DNA of 63,940 nucleotides, the filler included, from Octopus bimaculoides (lineage: Eukaryota), in assembly GCF_001194135.2 (NCBI RefSeq). It is 9 parts of 6 records of this genome, joined end to end, with 100 filler letters (N's around TTAATTAATTAA, not from the genome) between each part and the next. Parts side by side here need not be neighbours in the genome. Positions count along the whole stretch, not along the records: positions 59,181 to 62,077 come from NC_068999.1; positions 62,178 to 63,940 come from NW_026376998.1; 7 more parts are not named here. One strand, given 5' to 3'. A model generated the notes under the pieces. That model saw nothing but the letters and a program-made list of their open reading frames with translations, searched no databases and was not told where the DNA came from. The translations under genes and the position numbers were made by a program. Below, piece by piece: positions 61,770-63,940 of the stretch (position 1 is its first letter; the number at the start of each line of letters is the position of its first letter).

Positions 61770-62789
61770 GCGTCTTTATTAATTCCACTATATCTCTTCT
61801 CGTCTTCCTCGTCTATTTTATACTTCACACATCTGTTTCAATAATAAAAAGCCAGCAATCAGAATTGAAATCAACGCAACTCACTGTCAATGGATAGAAA
61901 AATTCTGTTGTGCTTTTCATAGCATCGTTTCCTTTTCACAGTCACTTTCTTTGTTACAGCAGTTAATTAACGGACTCATATAGGGGAAGGGCGGGTGTGT
62001 AAACAAAACAAACACAATTCACATAGACACACATTCATACATACATATAAATATATATACATACATACATACATACANNNNNNNNNNNNNNNNNNNNNNN
62101 NNNNNNNNNNNNNNNNNNNNNTTAATTAATTAANNNNNNNNNNNNNNNNNNNNNNNNNNNNNNNNNNNNNNNNNNNNGTACAGCCGCGCCAGTGACTCTA
62201 AATATCTGACGGCCTGTCTATTTATCCCTATCTCTTACGTTTGCAGACATTCACATATACACATACACACACATATATATACTATATACATACCCAGAGA
62301 GGCATATGCTCATATACACACGTAATTGTATACAACACCAGTCGCAAACACACGCTCACACAAGCACACACACATTTGGATACAAACAACGTTTACGATA
62401 TGTATGTAGTACCATAGAGACATATACTTGTACACATATGAATGCATATAAGCATCTATGTAATTATATATCTGCAGCATTGCTTAAATATATTGTAACT
62501 CTGAAGAGAACGTAACATTTCGATTTCAAAGCATGAAGTCTTGACAATTTTCCTTCTGCTGATTAGGTGCTGTGGTATGCTAATGATGTTTTAGAGAGCC
62601 TTTTATCATGCTGATATAGCAAACTTATTTCTTAAACTATAATTACTGGTCATTGTTCAATGTTTGGATCCAACGTCTGTTGGGCAAATTATTTGAGAGC
62701 GCAATGGGATTTACGGAAGCCTAGAAGAGTAACTTTAGAAATTTAAACAGTATACGTTGCAGAGAGACATAGCGTAGGCATTATGCCTC

Positions 62790-63057
62790 GTTTATTCATC
62801 TGCATTCGTACACACATTCACACAAGTACATATGAAAATATATTTGCGTACAGACATACACATGAAAATACATATATATAAACACACGCGCACACATAAA
62901 TATATGCATGTATGAGCCCATATGCATACATATAGCTGTATATATTTATACATGCACATATACATATTTATATATATGTATTGGTATATGTGAACATTTA
63001 TATGCATATATACGTATTTACATTAATATATGTGCGTATCTATCTATCTATCTATCA

Positions 63058-63120
<63 letters not shown>

Positions 63121-63940
63121 ATGCTAGCTAGCTATATATATGTGTCTGTGCGCGCGCGCGCGTGTATAGTATATTATATTTATATGTATATTTTTCTGCT
63201 TATGTCTCTACACATTGCTTTCGCGCAGGCACTCGCACACACTCATAAGTGTGTATATAAATATATAGATATATTTAAGAGTATATATGAACATATGTAC
63301 AAATATGTGTTTGTATGTACGTCTATATTTTCGTACTTTCACACGCATGCCTATATACATACCTATACATACAAATTGTATGCACACACACGCACACACA
63401 TATATGCACGTGTAGGTGTTGCACGTGTATGTATATTCATGTTTATATTTAAGTCTCTGTTCTACGTTTTGTTCGTATATTTATATGCATTTCTATAAAT
63501 GGTAAAGTAAATTGCGAATCTACAATAGTAGAATCGGTAAAATATCAGCAACATTTACTTGCAACACACAATAGAGCATTCAGCAAGACAATAATGCATA
63601 GTATTACAACATTAATGCATCTCTGTAATATTTACGACCAGAAAATTATATTAGTTTATAAATCTCATAAATAAACTCCGTGGAATGCAGGGTACGAAGT
63701 GCATTATTCCTTAGGATTTCATAAACTCCAGTTTAAAGTTGTATTATGAATAGTGATAATATATACATACGTGCATGCATACATACATACGCACATACTC
63801 ACACACGCACTTAGATGTATGTACATATATATATATATGCATGCATACATACATACATACACGTATACACACACACTCACTCACACACTCACACACACAC
63901 ATAGATAGATGGATGTACACACACACACACACACACACAT
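62790..63940. repeat. Simple-repeat-rich region (TA, CATA, TATC, CA)
   Basis: Direct tandem and cryptic repeats. Confidence 0.9.

Overview
This is repeat-saturated, AT-rich, gapped eukaryotic draft-genome sequence. It is inferred to be an invertebrate, most likely an Octopus-like cephalopod, from the SINE types, the microsatellite load and the TE mix. I cannot support any intact host protein-coding gene, tRNA/rRNA gene or CRISPR array; most long ORFs in the track are N-gap or microsatellite artefacts. The window is a mosaic of decayed TEs: several Tc1/mariner elements (one near-full-length, two copies of a foldback derivative, a maT-like fragment), Tigger-, hAT- and piggyBac-like MITEs, Helitron-like copies, RTE, CR1/Jockey-group and Tx1/L1 LINE fragments, a HERO-like RLE element, a Gypsy 3' half with its LTR, at least three Penelope-like element (PLE) types and about 20 tRNA-derived SINE pieces. 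The most interesting signals are (1) hammerhead ribozyme (HHR) motifs, namely a ~347-nt tandem, self-complementary retrozyme-like unit at 4.0-4.6 kb, an HHR-like motif with a compensatory G3-C8 core swap at 131-179, and one 3' of a PLE endonuclease; (2) a HERO-like non-LTR element bracketed by ~350-bp direct repeats that each carry a TATA-Inr promoter; and (3) a mariner derivative built from two inverted 5' ends, present twice. All calls are by eye, boundaries are approximate unless TIR/TSD coordinates are given, and no searches or folding programs were run.
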